This document shows, piece after piece, positions 40,691 to 49,933 of a stretch of DNA of 64,000 nucleotides (position 1 is the first letter of the stretch; each line of letters starts with the position of its first letter). The stretch is from Flavobacteriaceae bacterium. GTDB taxonomy: Bacteria; Bacteroidota; Bacteroidia; Flavobacteriales; Flavobacteriaceae. A program made the position numbers and the translations under genes. A model generated the notes under the pieces. The model did not search any database and had not been told where the DNA came from. It saw nothing but the letters and a program-made list of their open reading frames with translations. Location: the NCBI GenBank assembly GCA_947451525.1, contig CANFZM010000013.1:5220-69219 (forward strand), read 5' to 3'.

Positions 40691-41484
40691 TACTGTGCCA
40701 TTCCAATTAAAGCATCAATATTTTGTGCTTCTGGAGTTGCTTCGTATTTATCTTTAATTTCAGTGAAATATTTTAAAGCGTCTGCTTTATTTCCTAATTC
40801 CATTGCAGTTTGACCTGCTTTGAATAAATATCTAGGAGTTGTAAATTCATTGGTATTCATATGTGCTGCTTTTTCGTAGAATTCTAATGCTTTTTTAGCA
40901 TCATTTTTCTGAGACCAAGCATCACCAATAGCACCAGTAGCAATAGCACCTAAGAAATAATCTTTAGAACTAAATTTCTCTAAGTATTGAATTGCAACAT
41001 CGTATTTTTTCAAATTCAAATTAGCAATACCTGCATAATAATTAGCAACATTACCAGAATCAGTTCCGGCATATTGATCCGCAATACCTACTGCTCCTTG
41101 TTTTCCTTCTGATCCTTTCAATACTAAAGTATATAATGAATCTTGTGACTTAGGATTGGTAGCATCTGCAGCCAATTGGAAATTTTGTTGCGCTACAAAT
41201 AAATCAGAAGTTGCTTCTTCTTCTTTAGGCTCAGCAACAAATTTTTGATAAGACAAATAACCAACAGTTACTACAACTATAGCAGTCAATGCACCTAATA
41301 TATATTTTTGGTTTGCAGCAACCCAGTCTTCAATTTTAGAAGCACCACCATCTAAAGTATCAAAAGCCTTAGCAGTAACGCTATCTTTTGCATCTACATT
41401 TGGAGTATCTTCAATAAAATTGTTATCTAATTTCTCTTCTTTTTCTTTTGGTGCTTTGTAACCTCTCTTATTATAAGTTGCCAT
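40690..41484 (-). CDS. Membrane-anchored tetratricopeptide-repeat protein
   Basis: Single TM segment then TPR-like helices (YYAGIANLNL, YLFKAGQTA). Confidence 0.8.
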   Translation of the reverse strand: MATYNKRGYKAPKEKEEKLDNNFIEDTPNVDAKDSVTAKAFDTLDGGASKIEDWVAANQKYILGALTAIVVVTVGYLSYQKFVAEPKEEEATSDLFVAQQNFQLAADATNPKSQDSLYTLVLKGSEGKQGAVGIADQYAGTDSGNVANYYAGIANLNLKKYDVAIQYLEKFSSKDYFLGAIATGAIGDAWSQKNDAKKALEFYEKAAHMNTNEFTTPRYLFKAGQTAMELGNKADALKYFTEIKDKYEATPEAQNIDALIGMAQ

Positions 41485-41628
41485 TTAATTTTGATTTAGT
41501 GTGTGCAAAAATAAAATTTTTATTGATAATTAAAAGCGATTTTTGTCGATATTTTTCAATAATTTGCACCCTCTTAAAAAAAGCAGAAAATTAATTTTGC
41601 TTTTCGTAGTATTTGTAAGCCATCACAC

Positions 41629-42708
41629 ATGTTTTTAAAAAAAATTTCTTTATTCAATTATAAAAATTTTTCGGAAGCAACCTTCGAATTTGACTCCAAA
41701 ATCAATTGTTTTGTTGGAAAAAACGGTGTTGGAAAGACAAATGTGCTCGATGCAATCTATCATTTAGCCAACGGAAAAAGTTATTTTAATCCGCTTGCAG
41801 TTCAAAATATAAAACACCAAGAGGAGTTTTTTGTCATTGATGGCGAATTTGAAAAAGCAGAACGATTAGAACAAATTGTAAGCAGTTTTAAAAAAGGCCA
41901 AAAGAAAATCCTAAAACGAAACAGCAAACCTTATGAGAAATTTTCGGATCATATAGGATTTATTCCTTTGGTAATTATTTCCCCTGCCGATAATGATTTG
42001 ATTATTGAAGGAAGCGAAACCCGAAGAAAGTTTATGGATAACGTGATTTCGCAATTGGATTCCTCCTATTTACAAGGACTGATTCAGTACCAAAAAATCC
42101 TTAGCCAACGTAATGCTTTACTGAAGTATTTTGCATTAAATCATGTCTTTGATAATGACACTTTATCTATTTACAACGAACAATTGAATGGTTTAGGACA
42201 AACTATTTTCGAAAAAAGAAAACAATTTATTGAAGAATTTTTACCCATTTTCAACAAGCACCACCAAACCATTACGGATTCTAGCGAAACAGTGCAGTTG
42301 GTTTATGAGAGCCATTTACTAGAACACGATACCTTAACTTTATTAGAACAAAATTTGGCTAAAGACCGTGCTTTACAGTATACTTCGGTTGGAATTCACA
42401 AGGATGATTTGGCATTTCAAATCGACAATTATCCCATAAAGAAATTTGGATCGCAAGGGCAACAAAAGTCTTTTTTAATTGCTTTAAAATTGGCGCAATT
42501 TGAATTTGTAAAAAAACAATCGGGCGAAAAACCAATTCTGCTTTTGGATGATATCTTTGACAAATTGGATGAAACCCGAGTAAGTAAAATTGTGAAAATG
42601 GTAAATCAGGAAGAATTCGGGCAATTATTTATTTCCGATACCCATCCGGAACGTACTGAAAACATTGTAAAAACTACCCACCAGAGTTATAAAATATTTA
42701 ACTTGTAA
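41629..42708 (+). CDS. recF: DNA replication/repair protein RecF
   Basis: [27 protein letters not shown]. Confidence 0.93.
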   Translation: MFLKKISLFNYKNFSEATFEFDSKINCFVGKNGVGKTNVLDAIYHLANGKSYFNPLAVQNIKHQEEFFVIDGEFEKAERLEQIVSSFKKGQKKILKRNSKPYEKFSDHIGFIPLVIISPADNDLIIEGSETRRKFMDNVISQLDSSYLQGLIQYQKILSQRNALLKYFALNHVFDNDTLSIYNEQLNGLGQTIFEKRKQFIEEFLPIFNKHHQTITDSSETVQLVYESHLLEHDTLTLLEQNLAKDRALQYTSVGIHKDDLAFQIDNYPIKKFGSQGQQKSFLIALKLAQFEFVKKQSGEKPILLLDDIFDKLDETRVSKIVKMVNQEEFGQLFISDTHPERTENIVKTTHQSYKIFNL

Positions 42709-42761
42709 CTTTTGCTACATTGTTCTATTTTTACTTAATTAATTTTGACAAAAAAATACTT

Positions 42762-43457
42762 ATGAAAACAAAAATCGTTTCCTTAGTCGCAATGCTATTC
42801 CTATTAATAGGATGTCAAAAAGAAAATTCCAAAGAAATTCAAACCGTGGATTCTAAAGTTTTTGAAGATAAACTAAAAGTAACTGAGAACCCACAATTAA
42901 TAGACGTTAGGACTCCTGAGGAATTCAGTGTAGAACATTTAAAAAATGCAGCAAACATAAATTGGAATGGCAATTCCTTTGTTACGGATGCTGGAAAATA
43001 CGACAAGTCCAAACCGGTTTTTGTGTATTGCAAAGCAGGAGGAAGAAGCAGTGAAGCAGCAGCAAAATTAAAAGAATTAGGCTTCAAAGAAATCTACAAT
43101 TTGGATGGCGGAATCATGAAATGGACTGGCGAAAAAACTAGTGCTTCCAATACAGAGCGAATTGGAATAACCGCTGCCGATTATGACAAACTAATCCATT
43201 CCGATAAAAAAGTAGTCGTTAATTTCTATGCCGAATGGTGTGGCCCTTGCAAAAAAATGGCTCCTTACCTACTCCAAATGCAAGAAGAATTTAAAGGAAA
43301 AATAAAAATAGAACGATTGGATGCCGATGCCAATAAATCGATGATAGACGAAATGAAAATCAACGGATTGCCTGTAATTTTAATCTATGAAAATGGAAAA
43401 GAAGTTTGGCGACACCTTGGATATCTATCGGAAGAAGATTTGAGAAAAAAGTTGTAG
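42762..43457 (+). CDS. Lipoprotein with rhodanese + thioredoxin domains
   Basis: Lipobox LIGC; IDVRTPEEF, YCKAGGRS; WCGPC; start trimmed to MKTK. Confidence 0.85.
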   Translation: MKTKIVSLVAMLFLLIGCQKENSKEIQTVDSKVFEDKLKVTENPQLIDVRTPEEFSVEHLKNAANINWNGNSFVTDAGKYDKSKPVFVYCKAGGRSSEAAAKLKELGFKEIYNLDGGIMKWTGEKTSASNTERIGITAADYDKLIHSDKKVVVNFYAEWCGPCKKMAPYLLQMQEEFKGKIKIERLDADANKSMIDEMKINGLPVILIYENGKEVWRHLGYLSEEDLRKKL

Positions 43458-43579
43458 AAGATGGGAGATGGGAGATGGGAGTTCGAAGTATGAAATACAA
43501 AGCATGAAATATTTAAAAAACGAATTGAAGTTAATTTTCTAAACTCATAAACTTCTAAACTCATAAACTTATTAAAAAA

Positions 43580-44254
43580 ATGATAACAAAAGAAGCATTG
43601 CAATTTCTATCCGATTTAATTGCAAATAACAATACCGAGTGGATGCACGCCAATAAAAAGCGGTACGAAAGTTATAAAAAAGACTACCATAGTTTTATTA
43701 CTTCTATTTTGGCAGAAATGAAACCTTTGGACAAATCGTTAGAGGCATTGGAAGTGAAAAATTGCACTTTTAGAATCAATCGGGACATTCGTTTTTCCAA
43801 AGATAAGTCACCATACAAAACCAATATGGGCGTTTGGATGTCGCAAGACAAAAATCGTAAAAATGCTCCTGGATATTACATTCATTTTGAAGCCGAAAAC
43901 TGCTTCATCGCAGGTGGTGTTTGGTGTCCGGAAGCGGGAGAATTAAAACAAATCCGTAAAGAAATTGAATTTTTTCATGATGATTTGGAGAAAATTGTTT
44001 CCAACAAAAACTTCCAAAAAGAATTCAATCAATTGGATCGTGGCGAAAATAATGTTTTGAAGAAAGCACCAAAAGACTTTGATCCCAATCATCCAGCAAT
44101 TGAGTTTTTAAAACTAAAAAGTTTTACCGCTTCCCATAAAATTTCAGAAACTATTTTCTCGGAACCCGATTTTAGCAAAAAAATTGCTCAAAAGTTAATT
44201 ACATTAAAACCGCTAAACGACTTTTTAAGTAGAGCGTTAGAAACGGAAGAATAA
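43580..44254 (+). CDS. DUF2461 family protein
   Basis: NNNTEW, FRINRDIRFSKDKSPYKT. Confidence 0.85.
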   Translation: MITKEALQFLSDLIANNNTEWMHANKKRYESYKKDYHSFITSILAEMKPLDKSLEALEVKNCTFRINRDIRFSKDKSPYKTNMGVWMSQDKNRKNAPGYYIHFEAENCFIAGGVWCPEAGELKQIRKEIEFFHDDLEKIVSNKNFQKEFNQLDRGENNVLKKAPKDFDPNHPAIEFLKLKSFTASHKISETIFSEPDFSKKIAQKLITLKPLNDFLSRALETEE

Positions 44255-44392
44255 TTATTAAGTACAAAGTAAGAAATACGATATACGAGGTTTTAAAAAA
44301 TGAAGCAAATGGATTAAAACAATAAAAATCATTTTAAAATTGCAGACTTTGCGAAAAACTTTGCGAACTTTGCGGTTAAACCCCAATGGAAA

Positions 44393-45406
44393 ATGCAAAT
44401 TCAAGATAACTTTTCTTTAAAAAAATACAACACTTTTGGCATTGAAGCCAAGGCCAAACAATTTGTAAGCGTTCATTCTGAGGAGGAATTGCAATCGGTT
44501 TTAGAAAATCATAAAACGGATAAAAAATTCATTTTGGGTGGCGGAAGCAATATGCTGTTGACTCAAGATATTGATGCTTTGGTTATTCATGTCGATTTAA
44601 AAGGTAAGAAAATCCTTAAAGAAGACGACGATTCGGTTTGGGTGGAAAGTCAGGCTGGAGAAGCATGGCACGAATTAGTGCTTTGGACCATTGATCAAAA
44701 TTTTGGTGGATTAGAAAACATGTCGCTTATTCCTGGAAACGTTGGAACCACGCCAGTTCAAAATATTGGCGCTTATGGTACCGAGATTAAAGACACCTTT
44801 ATTTCTTGCGAAGCCATGAATATCGCCACTCAAGAAATAAGAACTTTTCTTAAAGAGGAATGTAATTTTGGTTATCGTGAAAGCATTTTCAAACACGAAG
44901 TGAAAGACCAATATGTAATTACTTCGGTGGTTTATAAACTTACCAAACGCAACCATAAAATCAACACCTCTTATGGTGATATCACAGCCCAATTAGCAAA
45001 AAACAATATCCAAATTCCAAATCTCAAAGACGTTTCTAATGCCGTAATTGCCATTCGCCGGAGCAAGTTACCAGACCCGAAAGAGTTAGGAAACAGCGGA
45101 AGTTTCTTTAAAAACCCAATTATTTCCAAAGAAGCATTTGAAAAAGTGCACGCCTTACATCCCGAAATGCCACATTATGTAATTTCCAAAACCGAAGTTA
45201 AAGTTCCTGCAGGTTGGCTTATCGAACAAGCCGGTTTTAAAGGAAAACGTTTTGGCGATGCCGGAATCCATAAAAACCAAGCACTTGTATTAGTAAATTA
45301 TGGAAACGCGACCGGGCAAGAAATTTTAAATGTTTCTAAAGACATTCAAATTACAGTTTTAAATAAATTCGGAATTGCTATTGAAGCAGAGGTTAATGTG
45401 ATTTAG
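44393..45406 (+). CDS. murB: UDP-N-acetylmuramate dehydrogenase
   Basis: GGGSNML, IPGNVG, QNIGAYG, GNSGSFFKNP, HKNQALVLVN. Confidence 0.95.
   Translation: MQIQDNFSLKKYNTFGIEAKAKQFVSVHSEEELQSVLENHKTDKKFILGGGSNMLLTQDIDALVIHVDLKGKKILKEDDDSVWVESQAGEAWHELVLWTIDQNFGGLENMSLIPGNVGTTPVQNIGAYGTEIKDTFISCEAMNIATQEIRTFLKEECNFGYRESIFKHEVKDQYVITSVVYKLTKRNHKINTSYGDITAQLAKNNIQIPNLKDVSNAVIAIRRSKLPDPKELGNSGSFFKNPIISKEAFEKVHALHPEMPHYVISKTEVKVPAGWLIEQAGFKGKRFGDAGIHKNQALVLVNYGNATGQEILNVSKDIQITVLNKFGIAIEAEVNVI
45388..45405 (+). repeat. Left direct repeat of the AAA-ATPase islet (murB 3' end)
   Basis: AGAGGTTAATGTGATTTA versus AGAGGTTTATGTGATTTA at 46810-46827 (17/18). Confidence 0.7.
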
Positions 45407-45551
45407 AAATCGATTTTATACCTATTTTATACAACTAATGTACATTATTTTCTTGCCATTTATATAAATTACACTTCTATTTATAGAACGATTTAAATAG
45501 GTTTAAATTATCAAAACTTGCATTTTTTGTTATTTTTGATAATTTATTTCA

Positions 45552-45559
45552 TATCTTTG
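45552..45559 (+). promoter_or_regulatory. -7 promoter box for the AAA ATPase
   Basis: TATCTTTG 4 nt before the ATG. Confidence 0.6.
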
Positions 45560-45563
45560 ATTT

Positions 45564-46793
45564 ATGAACCACTACACAAATCGTAAAGAATACATTGAAA
45601 AACTAATTGCTTACAAAGACAAAGATCTCATAAAAGTAGTTAGTGGATTACGTAGGTCCGGTAAAAGTACTCTACTAGAACTTTATCGTGAACTATTACT
45701 AAAACAAGGTGTTGGTAAACGGCAAATTCAGTTTTATAACTTTGAGTTGCCTGAAAATTATTTAAATAAATCGTGGGACGAAATTTACTTTGAAATAAAA
45801 AAGAAACTGCAATCCGACAAGACTAACTATATTTTTTTAGACGAAGTACAAAATATTCCACTTTTTGAAAAATTAGTAGATGGCCTTTTTGCTACAGAAA
45901 ACACAGATGTTTACATAACAGGCTCTAATGCATTTTTATTGAGTAGCGAATTGGCTACTTTATTGAGCGGTCGCTACATCGAAATTTCTATTTTACCTTT
46001 TTCATTTAAAGAATACTTAACTGCACGTAGTATTGACACGAGCAACAAATACCTTAATTACGAAGCCTTATTTTTTGATTTTGTAAACGAAACATCATTG
46101 CCTAAAGGTGTAGAATTGCGTGAAGAAGGTTTCGATAAAATTTATGAATATTTGGAGGCTATTTACACAACAATAATCGAAAAAGATATTACACAACGCC
46201 ACCAAATAAATGATAAAAGGGCATTTGGAAACATTGTAAAATTTATAGCATCAAATATTGGCAATTCGCTTTCGCCAAGCAATATATCAACTACCTTAAA
46301 GCAAGATAATCAAAGCATCCATCACGCCACTGTAGAAAAGTATTTAGAATATTTAGTGGAAAGTTTTGTGTTTTATAAAGTAAATCGATTTGATTTAAAA
46401 GGTAAAAAACAACTCGCAACACAAGAAAAATACTATCTAGTTGATGCCGGTTTGTTGAATATTTTAGCAGGTAAAGAACGAAATACCGACAGAGGACACC
46501 TTTTGGAAAATGTTGTTTACCTCGAACTGCTTCGAAGAGGCAACAAGATTTGGACAGGCACAACACGTAACACCGAAGTAGATTTTGTATGCAAATCCCC
46601 AACAGGAGAAATCGAATACTATCAAGTAGCATGGCAAATGGTAAATGAAAATACAATTGAACGGGAATTTGGCGCATTAGAAAAAATCAACGACAACTAC
46701 CCCAAATTTTTACTAACGACTGACTCTTTTACCCAAAACAGAAGCGGAATAAAACACTTAAACGTTTTTAGTTGGTTGCTCGAAACAAATTAA
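45564..46793 (+). CDS. AAA+ ATP-binding protein (AAA_14 + DUF4143-like)
   Basis: GLRRSGKST, FLDEVQ, TGSN, KYYLVD, LLENVVYLEL, EVDFV, YYQV. Confidence 0.85.
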   Translation: MNHYTNRKEYIEKLIAYKDKDLIKVVSGLRRSGKSTLLELYRELLLKQGVGKRQIQFYNFELPENYLNKSWDEIYFEIKKKLQSDKTNYIFLDEVQNIPLFEKLVDGLFATENTDVYITGSNAFLLSSELATLLSGRYIEISILPFSFKEYLTARSIDTSNKYLNYEALFFDFVNETSLPKGVELREEGFDKIYEYLEAIYTTIIEKDITQRHQINDKRAFGNIVKFIASNIGNSLSPSNISTTLKQDNQSIHHATVEKYLEYLVESFVFYKVNRFDLKGKKQLATQEKYYLVDAGLLNILAGKERNTDRGHLLENVVYLELLRRGNKIWTGTTRNTEVDFVCKSPTGEIEYYQVAWQMVNENTIEREFGALEKINDNYPKFLLTTDSFTQNRSGIKHLNVFSWLLETN

Positions 46794-46809
46794 TAGCAAG
46801 AACAATAAG

Positions 46810-46827
46810 AGAGGTTTATGTGATTTA
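46810..46827 (+). repeat. Right direct repeat of the AAA-ATPase islet
   Basis: Reads EVYVI* versus the murB end EVNVI*. Confidence 0.7.
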
Positions 46828-46880
46828 ATCTTGAAAATTAAATTTCACAACCATAATTCGTATTTCAAAATTGAATTCCG

Positions 46881-46888
46881 TACTTTTG
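46881..46888 (+). promoter_or_regulatory. -7 promoter box for the glycosyltransferase-sigma operon
   Basis: TACTTTTG. Confidence 0.55.
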
Positions 46889-46919
46889 CACACGTTAAAA
46901 AAAAGACAATAAAGCCATT

Positions 46920-48026
46920 ATGCTACTAATTTTACTTTGTTTATTTATTGCCGTTGTAGTTGTTCAATTTCTATATTATATAGTGTTTTTTGGTAAATTT
47001 TCATTTGCTAAACCGCAAATTTCTACTCCAAAAAGAGTTCCTATTTCTATAATTGTATGCGCAAAAAACGAAGAAGAAAATGTAAAAAACTTCATTCCTT
47101 TATTGGCAGAACAAAATTATCCTGATTACGAAATTGTCTTAATTGACGATGCTTCTAGCGATGAAACACTAGAGATTTTTGAAGCATTTGAAAAACAATA
47201 CTCCAATGTTAAATTGGTAAAAGTGCAAAATAACGAAGCGTTTTGGGGAAATAAAAAATTCGCTTTAACTCTCGGAATCAAAGCGGCTAAAAACGAATAT
47301 TTATTATTTACCGATGCCGATTGTTATCCTAAAACAACCGAGTGGATTAAAGAAATGAGCGCCCAATTCACCAAAGAAAAAACCATTGTTTTAGGGTATG
47401 GTGCTTACGAAAAAATCAAAAATTCGTTCCTAAATAAAATCATCCGTTTTGAAACTTTACTAACTGCAACCCAATATTTTTCTTGGGCAAAATTAGGAAA
47501 ACCCTATATGGGTGTTGGCCGCAACATGGCTTATAAACGAGAAGAATTCTTTAAAACTAATGGATTTATTGAGCACATGAAAATCCGTTCGGGAGACGAC
47601 GATTTGTTTATTAACGAAGCAGCAACTGCCAAGAATACAACCATTTGCTACACCACCGATAGTTTTACGTTTTCCAAACCAAAAACCACTTTCAAAGAAT
47701 GGTTTACCCAAAAAAGAAGACATGTTGCCACTGCCAAACATTATAAATCGTTTGATCGTAGCCAATTAGCCGTTTTCTACGCAACCCAATTATTGTTTTT
47801 CATACTGCCAATAATTCTATTAGCCTTTCAATTTCAATGGATTATCGTTTTAAGCATAATTGTTTTTCGTTATATTTTTGCTTGGATTTCCTTAGGATTT
47901 GCAGCCGGAAAACTAAATGAAAAAGACGTAATGTATTGGTTTCCAATAATTGAAATAATTTTAGTAGTTTCGCAATTAAACTTCTTCATCACCAACACGT
48001 TTTCAAAACCAGTGCAGTGGAAATAA
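46920..48026 (+). CDS. Family 2 glycosyltransferase
   Basis: CAKNEE, IDDASSD, FTDADC, GDDDL, QKRRH. Confidence 0.88.
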   Translation: MLLILLCLFIAVVVVQFLYYIVFFGKFSFAKPQISTPKRVPISIIVCAKNEEENVKNFIPLLAEQNYPDYEIVLIDDASSDETLEIFEAFEKQYSNVKLVKVQNNEAFWGNKKFALTLGIKAAKNEYLLFTDADCYPKTTEWIKEMSAQFTKEKTIVLGYGAYEKIKNSFLNKIIRFETLLTATQYFSWAKLGKPYMGVGRNMAYKREEFFKTNGFIEHMKIRSGDDDLFINEAATAKNTTICYTTDSFTFSKPKTTFKEWFTQKRRHVATAKHYKSFDRSQLAVFYATQLLFFILPIILLAFQFQWIIVLSIIVFRYIFAWISLGFAAGKLNEKDVMYWFPIIEIILVVSQLNFFITNTFSKPVQWK

Positions 48027-48568
48027 TTTCCTACATAGAAAAGGCTAAAAATGGCGACCAAGTGGCATTCACTTATTTGCTCGACCATTATTGGAACGAA
48101 GTCTATGGATTCATGTTAAAACGCACCGAAAACGAAACCGATTCCGAAGATATTACCATCGAAACCTTCTCCAAAGCATTTGACAAATTAACCACTTACA
48201 ACCCTGAATTTCAATTCAATACTTGGTTAATTGCCATCGCCAAAAACGTGCATATCGACTTACTCCGCAAAAAAAAATCGAGCCTTTTTGTAGAAATTAC
48301 CGACGAAGAAGACCAACAAGCCCACAACATTGCTGATAGTTCCCCATCTGCCGAAGACGAACTCATAACCGAGCAAAACCTCGCGCAACTCCTTCATTTC
48401 ATCAAAGAATTGAAACCGCATTACCAAGAAGTCATCCAACTGCGCTACTTCCAAGAAATGAGTTACCAAGAAATTGCCGAGCAACTCCAAGAGCCCTTGA
48501 GTAACGTAAAAATCAAACTCCTTCGCGCCAAAAAACTACTGGCCGAAATCATCCAAACCAAACGATAA
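48017..48568 (+). CDS. ECF-type RNA polymerase sigma factor
   Basis: FNTWLIAIAKN, MSYQEIAEQL, VKIKLLRAK. Confidence 0.9.
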   Translation: MEIISYIEKAKNGDQVAFTYLLDHYWNEVYGFMLKRTENETDSEDITIETFSKAFDKLTTYNPEFQFNTWLIAIAKNVHIDLLRKKKSSLFVEITDEEDQQAHNIADSSPSAEDELITEQNLAQLLHFIKELKPHYQEVIQLRYFQEMSYQEIAEQLQEPLSNVKIKLLRAKKLLAEIIQTKR

Positions 48569-48613
48569 ACACATTTTTTTACAATTATAAAAATAAAATA
48601 ATCCTATATTTCT

Positions 48614-48643
48614 CCCTCTCCTTTGGAGAGGGTTGGGGTGAGG
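48614..48643. repeat. GC-rich hairpin repeat
   Basis: CCCTCTCC-TTT-GGAGAGGG-TTGGGGTGAGG within a 20-bp perfect inverted repeat (48581-48600 / 48659-48678). Confidence 0.7.
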
Positions 48644-48731
48644 ATAGATTAAAAAAACTATTTTATTTTTATAATTGTTTTTAATATTCTCCTCCAAATT
48701 ATTAAAAACGAATCGATAGGCATTTTAGTAA

Positions 48732-48783
48732 ACCCTATTCCTGCTGTCCGCGCTACAAGGTAGCCTGCTCCCATCAGGGTTAA
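48732..48783 (-). ncRNA. Flavo-1-like element, compact copy 4
   Basis: Revcomp TAACCCTGATGGGAGCAGGCTACCTTGTAGCGCGGACAGCAGGAATAGG. Confidence 0.45.
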
Positions 48784-48974
48784 TCGGTGATGGTATTGAA
48801 TAGATGCAAAATTCAAAAGAAATATTCAATAAAAAAGAATCATAAAACACAATATCTTAACATTTTATTATATTTATTACTACAATCACACAATATCACC
48901 TAAAATATTGCGTTATTAAAATAAAAACACTTCGCGTATGTAACACCGATACTTAACCTTAAAAACAATAAATT

Positions 48975-49775
48975 ATGTCCAACGTTAGTATCTTTGAAAA
49001 AAAGTGGTTAGATCTTGTATTTCAAGACAAGAACCAAAAGTATGGTGCGTACCAATTACGCTTGAATAGTGAAAGAACAACCTTCTTTGCATTCCTATTC
49101 GGAATCAGTTTTTTAGTAGGCGGAACTTTTTTATTGAGTTCTTTTAGCACTGCTCCCGAAGTAATTCCTCCTGTTATTCCTTTAGATCCAACTATTCACG
49201 TTGTAGAAATCCATCCTCCAACAGAAGAAATTATACCAAAAGTAGAAACTCCTAAACCAGAAACTGCTGCGGTTAAAACTCCTGACGACAATCAGAACTA
49301 CCAAGTTGCTTCTAAAGAACAGGCAGTAATTCCAGTTACTAAAACTGCGGAGGCTCCTATTGTTAATGGTCCAACTTCCCCAACAGGAACAGGAACTGAA
49401 GGTATTGCAACCATCCCAGGAACTGGCACAGCGGTTACTCCAACAATCACTAATGCTGGCCCAGTAAAACCATCCGAATTAGACAGACAACCTTCGTTTC
49501 CTGGTGGAATGAAAAATTTCTACGACTATGTTGGGCGTAATTTTGAAAAACAAGAATTAGAGGAAGAAGGAGAAACCATCCGCGTTTTAGTTTCTTTTGT
49601 TATTGAAAAAAATGGCAACATGACCGACATTGAAGTAACACAAAGCAATAGTCAAGCGGTTAGTAAAGAAGCCGTACGAGTTTTAAAATCTTTAAAAACC
49701 AAATGGGAACCTGGCTATAAAGACAACCAAGCCGTAAGAACCCGATATACTTTACCAGTTGTTGTGCAACTGTAA
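48975..49775 (+). CDS. Energy transducer TonB
   Basis: NQKYGAYQLR, Pro/Thr-rich linker, PSFPGG, FVIEKNG, WEPG. Confidence 0.85.
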   Translation: MSNVSIFEKKWLDLVFQDKNQKYGAYQLRLNSERTTFFAFLFGISFLVGGTFLLSSFSTAPEVIPPVIPLDPTIHVVEIHPPTEEIIPKVETPKPETAAVKTPDDNQNYQVASKEQAVIPVTKTAEAPIVNGPTSPTGTGTEGIATIPGTGTAVTPTITNAGPVKPSELDRQPSFPGGMKNFYDYVGRNFEKQELEEEGETIRVLVSFVIEKNGNMTDIEVTQSNSQAVSKEAVRVLKSLKTKWEPGYKDNQAVRTRYTLPVVVQL

Positions 49776-49799
49776 TTGTTAGTTATATATTTTTTTTTT

Positions 49800-49836
49800 A
49801 AATCCCTGTTGAGTGAAATATACAACAGGGATTTTT
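49800..49836 (+). terminator. Intrinsic terminator after tonB
   Basis: AATCCCTGTTG / CAACAGGGATTTTT. Confidence 0.8.
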
Positions 49837-49906
49837 CTTGAAATAATATTCCAAATTAACCTTTATTTTTCCATTTTCTTTTCTCTTTTTCTAATTCCAA
49901 TATACT

Positions 49907-49914
49907 TATCTTTG
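49907..49914 (+). promoter_or_regulatory. -7 promoter box for lipA-gap
   Basis: TATCTTTG 19 nt before the ATG. Confidence 0.55.
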
Positions 49915-49933
49915 CTACTGAAAAAATTAAGGC

